From IMG/VR virus record IMGVR_UViG_3300045125_000089, positions 69,499-96,698 of that record: a DNA stretch of 27,200 nucleotides, one strand, 5' to 3'. The position numbers were made by a program, and so were the translations under genes. This stretch comes from a virus. The notes beneath the pieces were generated by a model that saw only the letters and a program-made list of their open reading frames with translations, was not told the DNA's origin and ran no database searches. Each line of letters begins with the position of its first letter. The stretch's first letter is position 1. Shown here piece after piece: positions 10,205 to 19,973 of this stretch.

Positions 10205-11052
10205 TTTTTCCTCCACTTAATAGCTAATCCCCTTTTTACGTTGTGATATCTTTTGGTTTTGCACGCATATATTATCAGATATAGTTTTTAAATAGGTCTC
10301 AAATTCGTTTTTCTGTCATTTTTGCCAGTCGGATGTACATATCTGTTCTCTTAATAGAAATTTTTCTTTTACGTCCTCCCGTTGAAATGTATGCTCACAT
10401 CCATATTTTTTCATTAAATTATTTTCATCTTTTCGTTGATATCGTGAGATTTTCTTGGGTTGTCTACACCATATCGTTCAATCAATGATTTTTTTGATTT
10501 TCTTTTGCGACATTTGATTGTAAACTACACTTTACTCCAAACTTTTTTAAATTTGTATTTTCTACTTTATTTCGTATTTCTGGTGAAGACCCGTTTTTAC
10601 ACCATACAAATTCATTATAGTGGCGTCGTTTTTCTACTACGGATTTTATTTTGAAGTTATGATTTACTCCATATTTTGCCACAAAATACATTTCTCTATG
10701 GAGTTTTATTTTGTAAATATCTACACACCCTTTTCCGATGGCGGCATTAGCCCAAGATTTTCGGTGCAATATCCTACCATTGACTTTTGATTCCCATAAA
10801 ACCGCATCCTTGTGATCGGAAAACGTCCATCTAAGTTTCACATCAAACGCCGATGGATTTTTTGTAAGCAGCCTTGAATACACCAGATGAAAAATATTTA
10901 TATCCAAAATCTTCTAATGCGGACAATCCCAACCTGACATTTCCATATCTCACCCCGTGATACTGTAACCCATCCGATTTTCTAGTAATGGTGTACGTAT
11001 AAGGTAAAACCTCGGAAAATCTCTTTGTTCGCTTTATTGATGTATCTGCCAT
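10205..11052 (-). mobile_element. Free-standing putative homing endonuclease (divergent GIY-YIG-like N-terminus plus KYGV-type repeats) inserted at the 5' end of the neck gene; 3' end uncertain
   Basis: PYTYTITRKSDGLQYHGVRYG...YKYFSS...AVLWESKV...WAN resembles the GIY-YIG layout (Y-x-Y...Y-x-G, E, N). Repeats AKYGVNHNF, KKFGVKCSLQS, ERYGVDNPRKS and KKYGCEHTFQ. Begins with the same MADTSI as the downstream gene. Confidence 0.7.
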
Positions 11053-11059
11053 ATTATTA

Positions 11060-11141
11060 TATAAATATATCCATACCCGCTAAATGAGATAGGTATAAAT
11101 TATAATATTAGAATAGATACAAAGTCTGTTATATATTTATA
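11060..11141. promoter_or_regulatory. Divergent pair of ATATTTATA promoter-like motifs
   Basis: The - strand copy at 11060-11068 is 7 nt before ATG 11052. The + strand copy at 11133-11141 is 4 nt before ATG 11146. Confidence 0.65.
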
Positions 11142-11145
11142 TAGT

Positions 11146-11805
11146 ATGATAAAACTCAAAGATATACTGGTTAAGCACAAGATAATAAAGAAGATATTGG
11201 CGACGTACAACCAGCAGATGTCAAGTTTGTAGTACCACCTGCTCAGATGGCATATGCCAAAGCAGCCGCAGATGGAGCAGGCAAGCCATATACCAGACCA
11301 GATATTGATTTTACAGGCACAGGAGATGAAGGATTGCTGATTACAAGAGCAATGAATATAATAAAGGCATTTGAAAATAGCGTAAATAATCCAAGAGGCG
11401 GATTTGATAAAAAGTCAAAAAAATGGTTTCCGCACAAAAGTTTAGAAGGCGGCTCAGATACTATAGCATATGGCCATAAAATACTACGCGGCGAAGACTT
11501 TAGCAAGGGTATAACAGATAGTGAAGCAGAACGCCTGTTAGAGAAAGATATACGCGAAAAAATAAAGCTGGCCAAGTCCAAGATGAAAAACTTTGATGGT
11601 ATGCCGCTAACAATAAAACTTGCAGTAATAAACGCATTATTTAGAGGCGATATGAGGACCAAAAACAATGAGATTATTATCTCAAAATAAGTTTGCAGAT
11701 GCTGCAAGAGAATATCTTAATCACGCAGAATATAGGTCAACCAGAAATGTTGGTGTAAAAAAACGAATGGATTGGAATTATAATGTCTTGCGGGCAGCAG
11801 GATAA
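11146..11805 (+). CDS. Lysozyme (GH24/T4-lysozyme-like) with an N-terminal MIKLKDIL leader; frameshifts near 11185 and 11655
   Basis: IIKAFENS...EGGSDTIAYGHKI...GITDSEAERLLEKDI...AVINALFRG, then KTMRLLSQNKFADAAREYL...KRMDWNYNVLRAAG-TAA. Shows the Glu...T-I-x-YGH and IT-x-x-EA-x-x-LL-x-x-D motifs of phage lysozymes. Confidence 0.8.
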
Positions 11806-11811
11806 AATGTA

Positions 11812-11839
11812 TTGACAATATAAATTGATAATATAAAGT
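11812..11839 (+). promoter_or_regulatory. Putative sigma70-type promoter
   Basis: Perfect TTGACA at 11812-11817, 16-nt spacer, then TAAAGT at 11834-11839, just upstream of the lipoprotein ORF. Confidence 0.45.
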
Positions 11840-11841
11840 AT

Positions 11842-12093
11842 ATGAGTATGAAAAAACTAATCTCCACAATGTTGTTGACAGTAACATTATTTTTGACTGG
11901 ATGCGTGTCCACTGGATATGTTCGCGAATCGTCTGCCACGGTTTATAAAGTATATGACCCTTTGCAACCTGTTGTAGTATACCCAGAATATTATTACTAT
12001 TATCCAACATATTATACTCCACCAATGTATATTCATTGGAGATTTGATATTGGTAGAGGATGGGCGCATCACCACCATAGAGGAAGAAGATAA
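11842..12093 (+). CDS. Small lipoprotein (true start possibly ATG 11848)
   Basis: MKKLISTMLLTVTLFLTG-C is a type II signal peptide with lipobox LTGC. It is followed by a Tyr/Pro-rich body and a His/Arg-rich tail. Confidence 0.75.
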   Translation: MSMKKLISTMLLTVTLFLTGCVSTGYVRESSATVYKVYDPLQPVVVYPEYYYYYPTYYTPPMYIHWRFDIGRGWAHHHHRGRR

Positions 12094-12106
12094 TATAAAA
12101 AATATG

Positions 12107-12130
12107 CCCCCGATTTTTCGGGGGTTTTTT
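12107..12130 (+). terminator. Rho-independent terminator between convergent genes
   Basis: CCCCCGA-TTTT-TCGGGGG followed by TTTTTT. An A-run on the left may allow bidirectional use. Confidence 0.8.
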
Positions 12131-12876
12131 ATTTCAACTTTCTTTTATGATATTTCACTGTTGTGGTTGAAACGCCATACTTTTCAGATATCTGAATATT
12201 GGTCAACAATCCGCAATTCAAATCATTATAAAACTCTTCTTTGTTTTCTTTCAACAATTTTCTGCCATCACTTACTTTCTTTCCTCTGTCATCTTCAACT
12301 TTCACCTTCTTGCCCTTCAAGCCATTATCATATACATAATTGATGTTTCTGTTTGATAGCATCTCACGACGTTCATTGTATTTAGCATTGCCAATATCAT
12401 CGCCATATTTAGCAACAAACCATTCAAGTGTATATCTGCCAATTGCACGTTGTTTTTGTTTGCTAATGGCAATATCGCTGTGATGTTTTCCAAACATACC
12501 GTTGTTTTCTCCACCGTTCCATATTTTCATCTTTTTCTCGGATTTGTTCTTTGTTTGGATTGTTGGAGAAATTGTCGCCACCCAATGCGGTTTTTTCCTA
12601 TGTTATAACCAATGGATTTGAACGGCTTGTAGTGTATCAAGATAATACTGTTCACGATCTACACAGCGTTCTGGAGAACATTCTTCAAGAATTATAAATG
12701 AAAAGTTCCGCTCGCTATATTTGTTCCAAGAACGTTGCAGGATAATATTAACGTGCTTGTTATTTTTTAGCATCATTTTAGTGCTCAATGAACCGTTGTT
12801 CGATATCTTTAGAAGAGCCTATGTAGAATTTTCCATTGGCTTGATTTGTTATTTTGTATACTCCAGATTTTTTCAT
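12129..12876 (-). CDS. Free-standing GIY-YIG homing endonuclease (Seg-like) with NUMOD3-like and C-terminal HTH-like DNA-binding parts; frameshifted
   Basis: MKKSGVYKITNQANGKFYIGSSKDIEQRF.EH...LQRSWNKY...FIILEEC...REQYYLD...GYNI, then GENNGMFGKHHS and IQISEKYGVSTTTVKY. Confidence 0.9.
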
Positions 12877-12924
12877 ATATGGATAAATATTACCGTAAAA
12901 CCCTAAAGTATCAAAAATTTAGAT

Positions 12925-12956
12925 AAAAAAAGAACCGACCTTTCGGTCGGTTCTTT
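12925..12956 (-). terminator. Rho-independent terminator after the major capsid gene
   Basis: On the - strand AAAGAACCGACC-GAAA-GGTCGGTTCTTTTTTT: a strong stem, a GNRA loop and a U-tract. Confidence 0.9.
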
Positions 12957-12983
12957 GTAGTTTTCCCTCTAAGAGGCGAAGTA

Positions 12984-14608
12984 TTAAACTTCGTTGAGGT
13001 TGCCAATGACGATTTTGCCGTAAAATTCGGGCCTGATCATCTTTTTGGCATAACGTGTCATCACGCCACGGCGTGGTGTGAAGTTCACTGGGTCGTACAC
13101 CAATGGTGTCTGAATCAGTGGGATGTATGGAGCGTAATACAGCGCCGGTTTCTACGAAGTTGCTTCCACGGAAACCAACCAACATAACGTTGTCGGTCAT
13201 CATTGCATGGGTTCTTGTAAACGGTCCAGCGGTTGCTTAGAGCACCAACCTTGGCAACACCCATTGCGAACTTGGCTTGGTCGCCGTCCGTGTTGGTTGT
13301 GGCCCAGGAATGCTTTCGATGATGGTAGCAACGTCTGGGCTGCAAACCAGGAAGTTTGCACCACCACGCAGGGTCAACTGGTGGATCTTGTTGCTGACCT
13401 TCTGAATCTTGTTACCCAATGTCTGGAGCCAGGTGCTCTTGACATAGGCGGTACGGTTAGCAGCGGTGTCTGCGAACAAGCCGGTTGCGGCGTTGTATTC
13501 AGAACCGATACGAGCGGACCAGAATTCAGTTGTTACTGCTGGAGCATTGACGAGCAACATGTCACAAGTTTCTAGGTCGATTTCCATCGATACGTACTCA
13601 GATAGAAGAGCAGTTAGCTCTGCTTCTGCGTCAATCGAGTGGTAAGCGTTCAAGTCCTGCGCCAATTCTGGTGTCCAGACGGCCTTTAGCTTACGGGTCT
13701 TAGCAACGATAGCTTCAGACTTCAGCTCTAGGTTTACTTCTGGAATACCAACGTCGGCGTATAGACCTGAAGTGCCAGCGCCCGCTGAGGCTGCTGTGCT
13801 TCGAAGTCGCCACTGGCTATTGTCGGCTGGTTGCTTGTGATAAGCGACCAATGCATTTCCGCTGATTCCAGAACCAGAAACGCGAAGATTACGCTATTGC
13901 CGGAAACAGTGGTGAATGCTGGGTAGAAATCAACGATACCAGAACCAGAAACGGTGAACGCACGAGCGCCATTGGCGTCGAAGTTTGTTCCGCTCAAGGA
14001 GACGGTAACAGACTGAATCTTGCCAGCAGCTAGCGAAGCGCTTAGGTCGGTGTTGAAGTTGATGTCTTCCCATGCTGGACCATTTGCTGTGCTGGTAGGG
14101 CCGAGTTGTAGCAGCAACGGTTGTTGTCTGGTCATTGATGGTATAACCGAAACGGCCTTGGCCATATGACCATTGACTGCGCTGTCGGTTGAACCTAGCT
14201 TGGTTCCTGTACCACCGAATAGCGAGTTACCGCTGAAAGATGGCTTGCCTGCTGGTCGGTACCATACTTGAAGTCTAGATAGAATACTAGACCAGATGGT
14301 AGATTCATTGGCTGTACGCTAACGAATTCCTTGGCAGCAATTTCAGCGAAAACACGGCGAACTAGTGGCAATGCAACACCGGCCCATTGTTCTGAGCTTG
14401 TGGTTGTACCAGTACAGAGTAGCTTCGTCGATTAGTTGTTTAGCCTGATTTTCCAGAAGAATGGACATGTGTGACTTTTCCATGTCGCCCTCTGATGCCT
14501 TCTAGAAGACCAGTCTTTTCCCACTTGGACACAAGTCCACGGGTTTCGGAGCATGGGCTTAACCATTGGATTGGTTGTCTCGGTTAGTAGTGTTTTGATA
14601 TCTGACAT
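12984..14608 (-). CDS. Major capsid protein (T4 gp23-like); frameshifted
   Basis: MSDIKTLLTE...KWEKTGLLEG...LLENQAKQL...VALPLVRRVF...FVSVQPMNLPSGLVFYLDFKYG, AKTRKLKAVWTPELAQDLNAYHSIDAEAELT, and FTPRRGVMTRYAKKMIRPEFYGKIVIGNLNEV-TAA. Confidence 0.95.
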
Positions 14609-14640
14609 AATTTTTCCTTTATTAAGGTTTGATTGTTGAT

Positions 14641-15994
14641 TTATGAACGAATACCGGCGAGCTTCTTGAAGCGGTTTGCCATATCGGCACCTTCCGAGAT
14701 AACTGCTGGTTTTGTTGGTTTGGTTGATGCAACCGGTTTTACTGGCTAAAGACCTTCGGTGATGGTCTTGACGGTAGTTGATGCCTTCTTTACAGGAGCA
14801 GCTTCCTTCTTGCCACCGAAACTAAATGATTCAGCCAATGTAGCGTAAACTGAGCTTGGCTTCACGAACAGACTTCGTTGAGGTCAAACGATTCGATTAC
14901 CTTTGAGTTTCATGCTCGTTGTTCAAGTTAGCTTGTTTGAACAATTTGTTCGTATATAGCGACTTGGCGTTGAGCAAGGTTTACTTCATTGTTGCGGTCC
15001 CGTAGATGCTCGTAACAGCGCTACGGTATTCTGCTAGTTCCTTCTTACAACGAAATGTTTTCATTGATGACGGACTCGTTGGTTTCATCGCCTTGTCATC
15101 ATCGTGCTTTTTACAGCCTTTTCGGCTTTTTCTTTTTTGGTACTTGGCTGGGGCCCAGGAGGAAGTTTACCTTCATCTACTTCCATCTTTTTCTTCTTCT
15201 TTTTCTTCCTTGTCTTCGCCTTCGGACAGAAGTTCATCTAGGTTGATTTCTTCATCTTCTCCACCAGCAGCTTCCATTGGAGCGGCCCATTTCTTCCATT
15301 CCAACTTCGTTTACTGTGGATTCTAGTTCTTTCAAGATTTCATCTAGAGATTCTTCGGTGATTTCTTCTTCGCCTTCTTCCAATGCAACTTGGTCATTAT
15401 CTGGACCTTGTGGGTCTTGTGTTTTATGACCAGCGGTTGTCTTGGTATGGTCGTCAGAAGCATTTTCTGTTGCTTTTGTAGCAGGAAGTGATCCCTTAGT
15501 TGATAGGCTTGTGTCTTTCACAACCATGTTCTTGCCTGGATCTCTCTGTCTTGTGACCCTTAGTGGTCTTCTTATAATCACCGGAGCAGCCTTGTCGCCT
15601 GCTTGGATGTTTGATGTGGCAAGAGTTGGATCCAATTCGGCGCCGATTGTGCCACTGGATTGCTTCTTCGTCCATTTCTTCTTCGGTCATTTCTGCTTCA
15701 GGAGCAGGAGCAGCTTCTGGGGCTGGAGCAGCTTCAGGAGCAGGAGCAGCGGCCATCATAGCAGCATCTTGTGCTGCATCGGCGTCGAGCTTCTGGGGCT
15801 GGGGCGGCTGGTGTTTCGTCGGCTACTGGAAGTGGTTCTTCACCTTCGACTTCATTGCGTAGCTTTTTCGGCCAACTATGCTTTGAATCTTTGAGTTGTG
15901 AATGCTTCTTCCAATGCAGCCTTGGCGTTAGCAAGGGCGGTAGCACGTACTGCCTTTGCGTCTGCAATAGCTTGTTTTAATAGATCTGCGACAT
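14641..15994 (-). CDS. Prohead scaffolding/core protein (T4 gp22-like role); frameshifted
   Basis: DLLKQAIADAKAVRATALANAKAALEEAF, a long acidic low-complexity middle (AAPAPE repeats, LDEILKELE), a coiled coil (LLNAK...YTNKLFKQANL) and C-terminal ISEGADMANRFKKLAGIRS. Lies immediately upstream of the capsid gene. Confidence 0.8.
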
Positions 15995-16017
15995 AATAGT
16001 TTTATCTTTGTTGTTGA

Positions 16018-16094
16018 TGAAACTATTAAGAGTTTCAAGAAAGTTGATTTAGTACTCGCATCAAAGAATGATGCATTTTATAATAAATAAATAT
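16018..16094 (-). promoter_or_regulatory. Promoter-like motif plus a two-hairpin leader of the scaffold/capsid operon
   Basis: ATATTTAT at 16094-16087. Hairpins GCATCA-TTCTT-TGATGC (16058-16074) and TGAAACT-CTTAAT-AGTTTCA (16018-16037). Confidence 0.55.
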
Positions 16095-16136
16095 ATACGT
16101 ATTTACAAAAAATATAAAATATTTTAACTTTTTATA

Positions 16137-16602
16137 TTATTTGAGCTTTGAAACTGCGGCTTGACCTTCTTGTAAATCTTTGATTTCAAAGTATCTGTTT
16201 AGCTTAGAACCCATATCTTCATACAAACCTCTCATACGGCTTTCTAATACGTGAGCTTCCATAGCATACTTTTTTGAATTCTTCGCTGCATTTTGCTAGT
16301 TCTTTCATGTTACGCTCTGGCATAACTTTATCAAACCAAGCATCATCTGCTTCATTTTTCTGGCGAGAATCCAGTTCATTGGCCAAAAGCTTTTGTGCGT
16401 TAGATGCAACTTCACCAAGCTTATGTGCTAGTTCCATCAAACTTACTTCACGATGCAATGCCTTGCCATATTCATTATAATGACCAATGGCTTCTAATGC
16501 AGCTTTCTTTTCTTCAACAGACCAAGCAGCTTCTTGATGAACACCTGCGTCTATTTTTGTGTCAATACCTTCAAGTAAATTTCTTAGTTTTAGTACATTC
16601 AT
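16137..16602 (-). CDS. Hypothetical helical protein in the head module; frameshift near 16270
   Basis: MNVLKLRNLLEG...AWFDKVM.ERNMKEL, continuing in another frame as LESRMRGLYEDMGSKLNRYFEIKDLQEGQAAVSKLK-TAA. Confidence 0.65.
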
Positions 16603-16614
16603 AATTTTAATATT

Positions 16615-17336
16615 TTAAGCGGCTGGTTCTTCTTCAGTAGTTTCTGGCTGTTTTGTAGCCAGTGTTTTCATGCTGAAATCAATTCTGGCATACCTGGTAT
16701 AGTCATATATGTAACAACGTCTTCAGAAAATGCATCCATATCTTCTGGCGTTTGTACTTTTAGTTTATCAACAAGTTCTCCTGCAAGAGCATCAATGGTA
16801 TTTGATTTAAATGCGTGGTCTAGTACTTTACCAAGAAGAAATTGAGTACCACCAGAAGAACCTATTTTTACATACTTGTGCTTTTTAAGTTCTTTTTCTG
16901 CTTGTTCTTTTTCTGCCTTGGCTTTTTCTAATTCAGCTTTTGCTTTGGTAGCGTCTGCCTTTGCTTGTTCAGCTTCGTCTCCCACCAGCATCTGCACCGG
17001 CATCTGCTGGGGCTTTTTCGGCACCTGCTTTAGGCGCAGCATCCGCTTTATCGGCTGGCTTTGCTCCTGCCTTTGGCGCTTGTTCAGTCGCACCAGTATC
17101 TTTGGCTTTTCATCGGCTCCTCCTAACGGCGGTAAATCTCCACCAGTTTCATCCGCAGCAGGTTCTCCTGCTAGTGCGTCTTGTTTCTTTTCGTCTTGTT
17201 CTTTTTTGACGCTCTTCTTTTTTCTGGCTTCGTATATAGTTTCCCAACTCAAGTCATTCAATCTATACTTGTTTGCATTGCTTGATATTTCAGACAATAT
17301 CTGCTTGAGATATGGGTTATTATTTTTGTTATTCAT
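16615..17336 (-). CDS. Hypothetical head-module protein (acidic/Ala-Pro linker plus coiled coil)
   Basis: 222-aa ORF with ATATTTATA 4 nt upstream. The stitched end is TKQPETTEEEPAA-TAA. Confidence 0.65.
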
Positions 17337-17369
17337 ATAATATAAATATATACGAGGTATTATAAAATG

Positions 17370-18014
17370 TTATCGCTTTTTACGTAACAATCCTTTATCC
17401 AATAGAAATTCCAACCAGAAACGTCGGAACGTTCCCACTCTCTTGAAAGTCGAGGGTCATCCAAAAGTTGTTGCATATATTGGCTGTTCATGTCTATATC
17501 GCATTCGCTATATTTTTTGATATTTTTCATTTTCTCTCAACGCAATCTCGTTCAGCTTGGCTTCAAGCATATCATCTGGCTGACCATATTTAGCATCGTG
17601 TTCAGCACGTAATACATCAAGTACTTTTCTGTATAATGCATACTTTTGTGGTTTTGCTCATGGATTTCCACATTTGTACTATTTTTGGACTTAGTTTTGA
17701 GTTGGGAGATTGCATTACGTTATCTGCAAAATCGTAAGAATCAATATTAACTGGAGCATCAGTGCCTTTATATTCCATCCATTCTGTAGCTTTTTTTGCG
17801 AGCAAGTTTACCAACTTATCGGTTGCTGGTGTTGCGGCTTTTGTCATTTCATTTGTTGTATTTTGCATAGTATTTGATGAGTTGTTTTCGTTTTTAGGTC
17901 TGGTACATTTGCGTGTAGTGCCGCTAGATATTTACTTACTGGTCCTTTTGTACATCCTACTTTTTTTCCAGTATCTGCTTTATATACGCATTTGCCTTTC
18001 GCTTTATATGGCAT
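17370..18014 (-). CDS. Hypothetical protein; frameshifted
   Basis: ATG 4 nt after the protease stop: MPYKAKGKCVYKADTGKKVGCTKGPVSKYLAALHANV. It joins the 17868-17617 ORF and ends FWLEFLLDKGLLRKKR-TAA. It could be two genes. Confidence 0.5.
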
Positions 18015-18018
18015 AAGT

Positions 18019-18649
18019 TTATCTTACTTCTGATAGTATATCACGAATGATGTTTTCTATCTTTAGATATTTGTTGATGTCTTTTGAGTCAACTGATGCA
18101 ATGACTTGACCGCGATTGACGCTTTCGTTGATTGAAGCTGGGTGCCATATATGCACCGCGTGTTGATGGTGAACTTACAAGGTCAAAGCATAATAGTTCA
18201 AAATCATCTTGAACTTCTACGGTGTTTTCGTTCATTTGTCTTACACTACCAAGACCACGGCTGCTGATGCCAAGACGCACATTGTTTTTGATAAGTTCGC
18301 GAGCAATATTACCAGATGGAGTAGTTAGTAGTTCAATCTTACCAACGACTGTATCGCCTTCCCAATGACATTCAACGACATTGTGCGATACATTCTTTAG
18401 ATTGATGATAGAACTATCTGGATGGTCAAGTTCGCCAAGTGCTCTGCGTTCGCTGATAATTTGTTGATATTTTTCAACTTCACGAGCAAGAACTTCTTTT
18501 GGATATACACGACCATTATGATTCTTTTCGCCTGCTTTCTGAAGTGGACCAGACAATACAAGAGGTGCGTTTGGATTTGAACGTGCTTCGTTAAGCATCT
18601 GTGGAGAGATGTCAAATGGTATAAAATCTACTAATAGTTGCTTGCTCAT
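18019..18649 (-). CDS. Prohead core protease (T4 gp21-like)
   Basis: LSGPLQKAGEKNHNGRVYP, ALGELDHP, NVSH, LGISSRGLGS and FDLVSSPSTRGAY are gp21-family His/Ser motifs. The stitched end is IENIIRDILSEVR-TAA. Confidence 0.95.
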
Positions 18650-18652
18650 ATT

Positions 18653-19194
18653 TTATCCTTGTGGAAGTATATTCTTTGCAACAGGTGCTCCTGCTGGCTT
18701 GTTGGTGCTAATGGAACAATGCCACCAACATTCTTCAATCCTGATTGTGGAGCAGTTGCTGTTGTGGCTGGATTTACCTGTACTTGAGAGTCATCAAGAT
18801 AATATTCAGATTGTGATGCATTACCTTCTTTACCTATAAATACAACATAATATTTGTCTTTCATATAACGAGTTTGAATATCACTTACAGTAACAGTATA
18901 TTCTTTTTCAATCTGACCAACACTGCCTTTGGAAGCATTTACAGTTACGGTTTTCTTCAAGAACTGCTTTTTAGTTCTTCGTTGAACTTTTTGACCGCAG
19001 CGTCTTCTTGCTTTTCCAAACCTACCTTGAAGTTTCTGAATGATTGTGAAATATCAACAACATTGCCACTTTGTGATGCTGGCGGAGTTGTGGCAGTAGG
19101 AGCACGGCCCCGGTGACATACCACCGGCGGCAGATGGGTTTGTGCCCCAACTATCTTCATTTAGTATTCTTTTTGCTATGTTGGTAAGGTTCAT
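18653..19194 (-). CDS. Hypothetical head-module protein; frameshifted
   Basis: MNLTNIAKRILNEDSWG... joins ORFs 19160-18957 and 18960-18646. The stitched end is VAKNILPQG-TAA. Confidence 0.6.
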
Positions 19195-19195
19195 A

Positions 19196-19697
19196 TTATT
19201 GCTTTCCCATTCTGTTTATTCTTTTGGCAATCTCTTTTAGACGATGATGTATTTCTTTCATGTCTGGCTGAGTTCTTGCCCATAGATTTTCATTAGTATA
19301 TCCGCATTCTGTCTTTAGTCTTTCGCAGATGTTTACAAGATATTCAACTTCACCAAGCATCTTCTTTGGCTTGATTGATGCCATATGAAATCTTGGCGTG
19401 ATTTTTCATCATATCACTTTCCTTGAAGTTTCTATAGCGGCTACGAGCTTCCATTATGTTCAAATCACGGCGAACAGTTGGTAGGCTTTCATTTTCTGAC
19501 TCGCCAATGGTTGTATCATCTGTATCTTCTTTGCCAACAACTTTTCCGCCAGGCATACTTTTTTCTGCCGACTTCTTTTTGCTCTTTTTGCCACGAAATG
19601 CTGCTGGGGTCATATATCCCGCAACAGCACCAGTACCTGTCATTTCTTCAAGTACTTCTTCAACAAGTTCGCGGATTAGTTGTTTGGCGTCTTTCAT
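19196..19697 (-). CDS. Hypothetical head-module protein; one frameshift near 19365
   Basis: MKDAKQLIRELVEEVLEEMTGTGAVAGYMTPAAF... joined to KKMLGEVEYLVNICERLKTE...IAKRINRMGKQ. Confidence 0.65.
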
Positions 19698-19966
19698 TAT
19701 ACGTTGCCTTCAAGAGCTTGTTGACCAATCCAATTGCCCGCCATATTATTCAGTTGGTCAAGTTCTTTGTCATTCAACTCAACGCCGTCTGTATATGTAG
19801 CAGAAGAAATATATGCATCAGAATAATCGCCGTGCGTAGCACCATCGATTACAATGCTTTTCATATCAACTTGATTTGCCGTCGACTGCAAAGTTTTCAG
19901 TGCTTTGTTGTTCCATTACTTCTTCAATGACTTCTCTAATCAGTTGTTTTAGTTCGCTTTTTTCAT
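19697..19966 (-). CDS. Small acidic hypothetical protein
   Basis: An MKKSELKQLIREVIEEV start at 19966 joins VDMKSIVIDGATHGDYSDAYISSATYTDGVELNDKELDQLN. Its stop overlaps the next ATG (TAATG). Confidence 0.6.
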
Positions 19967-19973
19967 AGTAGTA

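Noticed and set aside
10201-11034. Group I intron interrupting the neck gene
   Set aside because: The downstream segment repeats MADTSI with its own ATG and RBS, so splicing is not needed. The insert is almost all ORF and I could not see intron core elements. RT-PCR would settle it.
11243-11707. 154-aa - strand ORF and other long antisense ORFs (e.g. 15442-15894, 16876-17340, 19478-19930, 22846-23253)
   Set aside because: They fully overlap well-supported genes on the other strand and show no recognisable motifs or start signals.
15690-15815. AAPAPE tandem repeats in the scaffold
   Set aside because: An ordinary low-complexity linker expansion.
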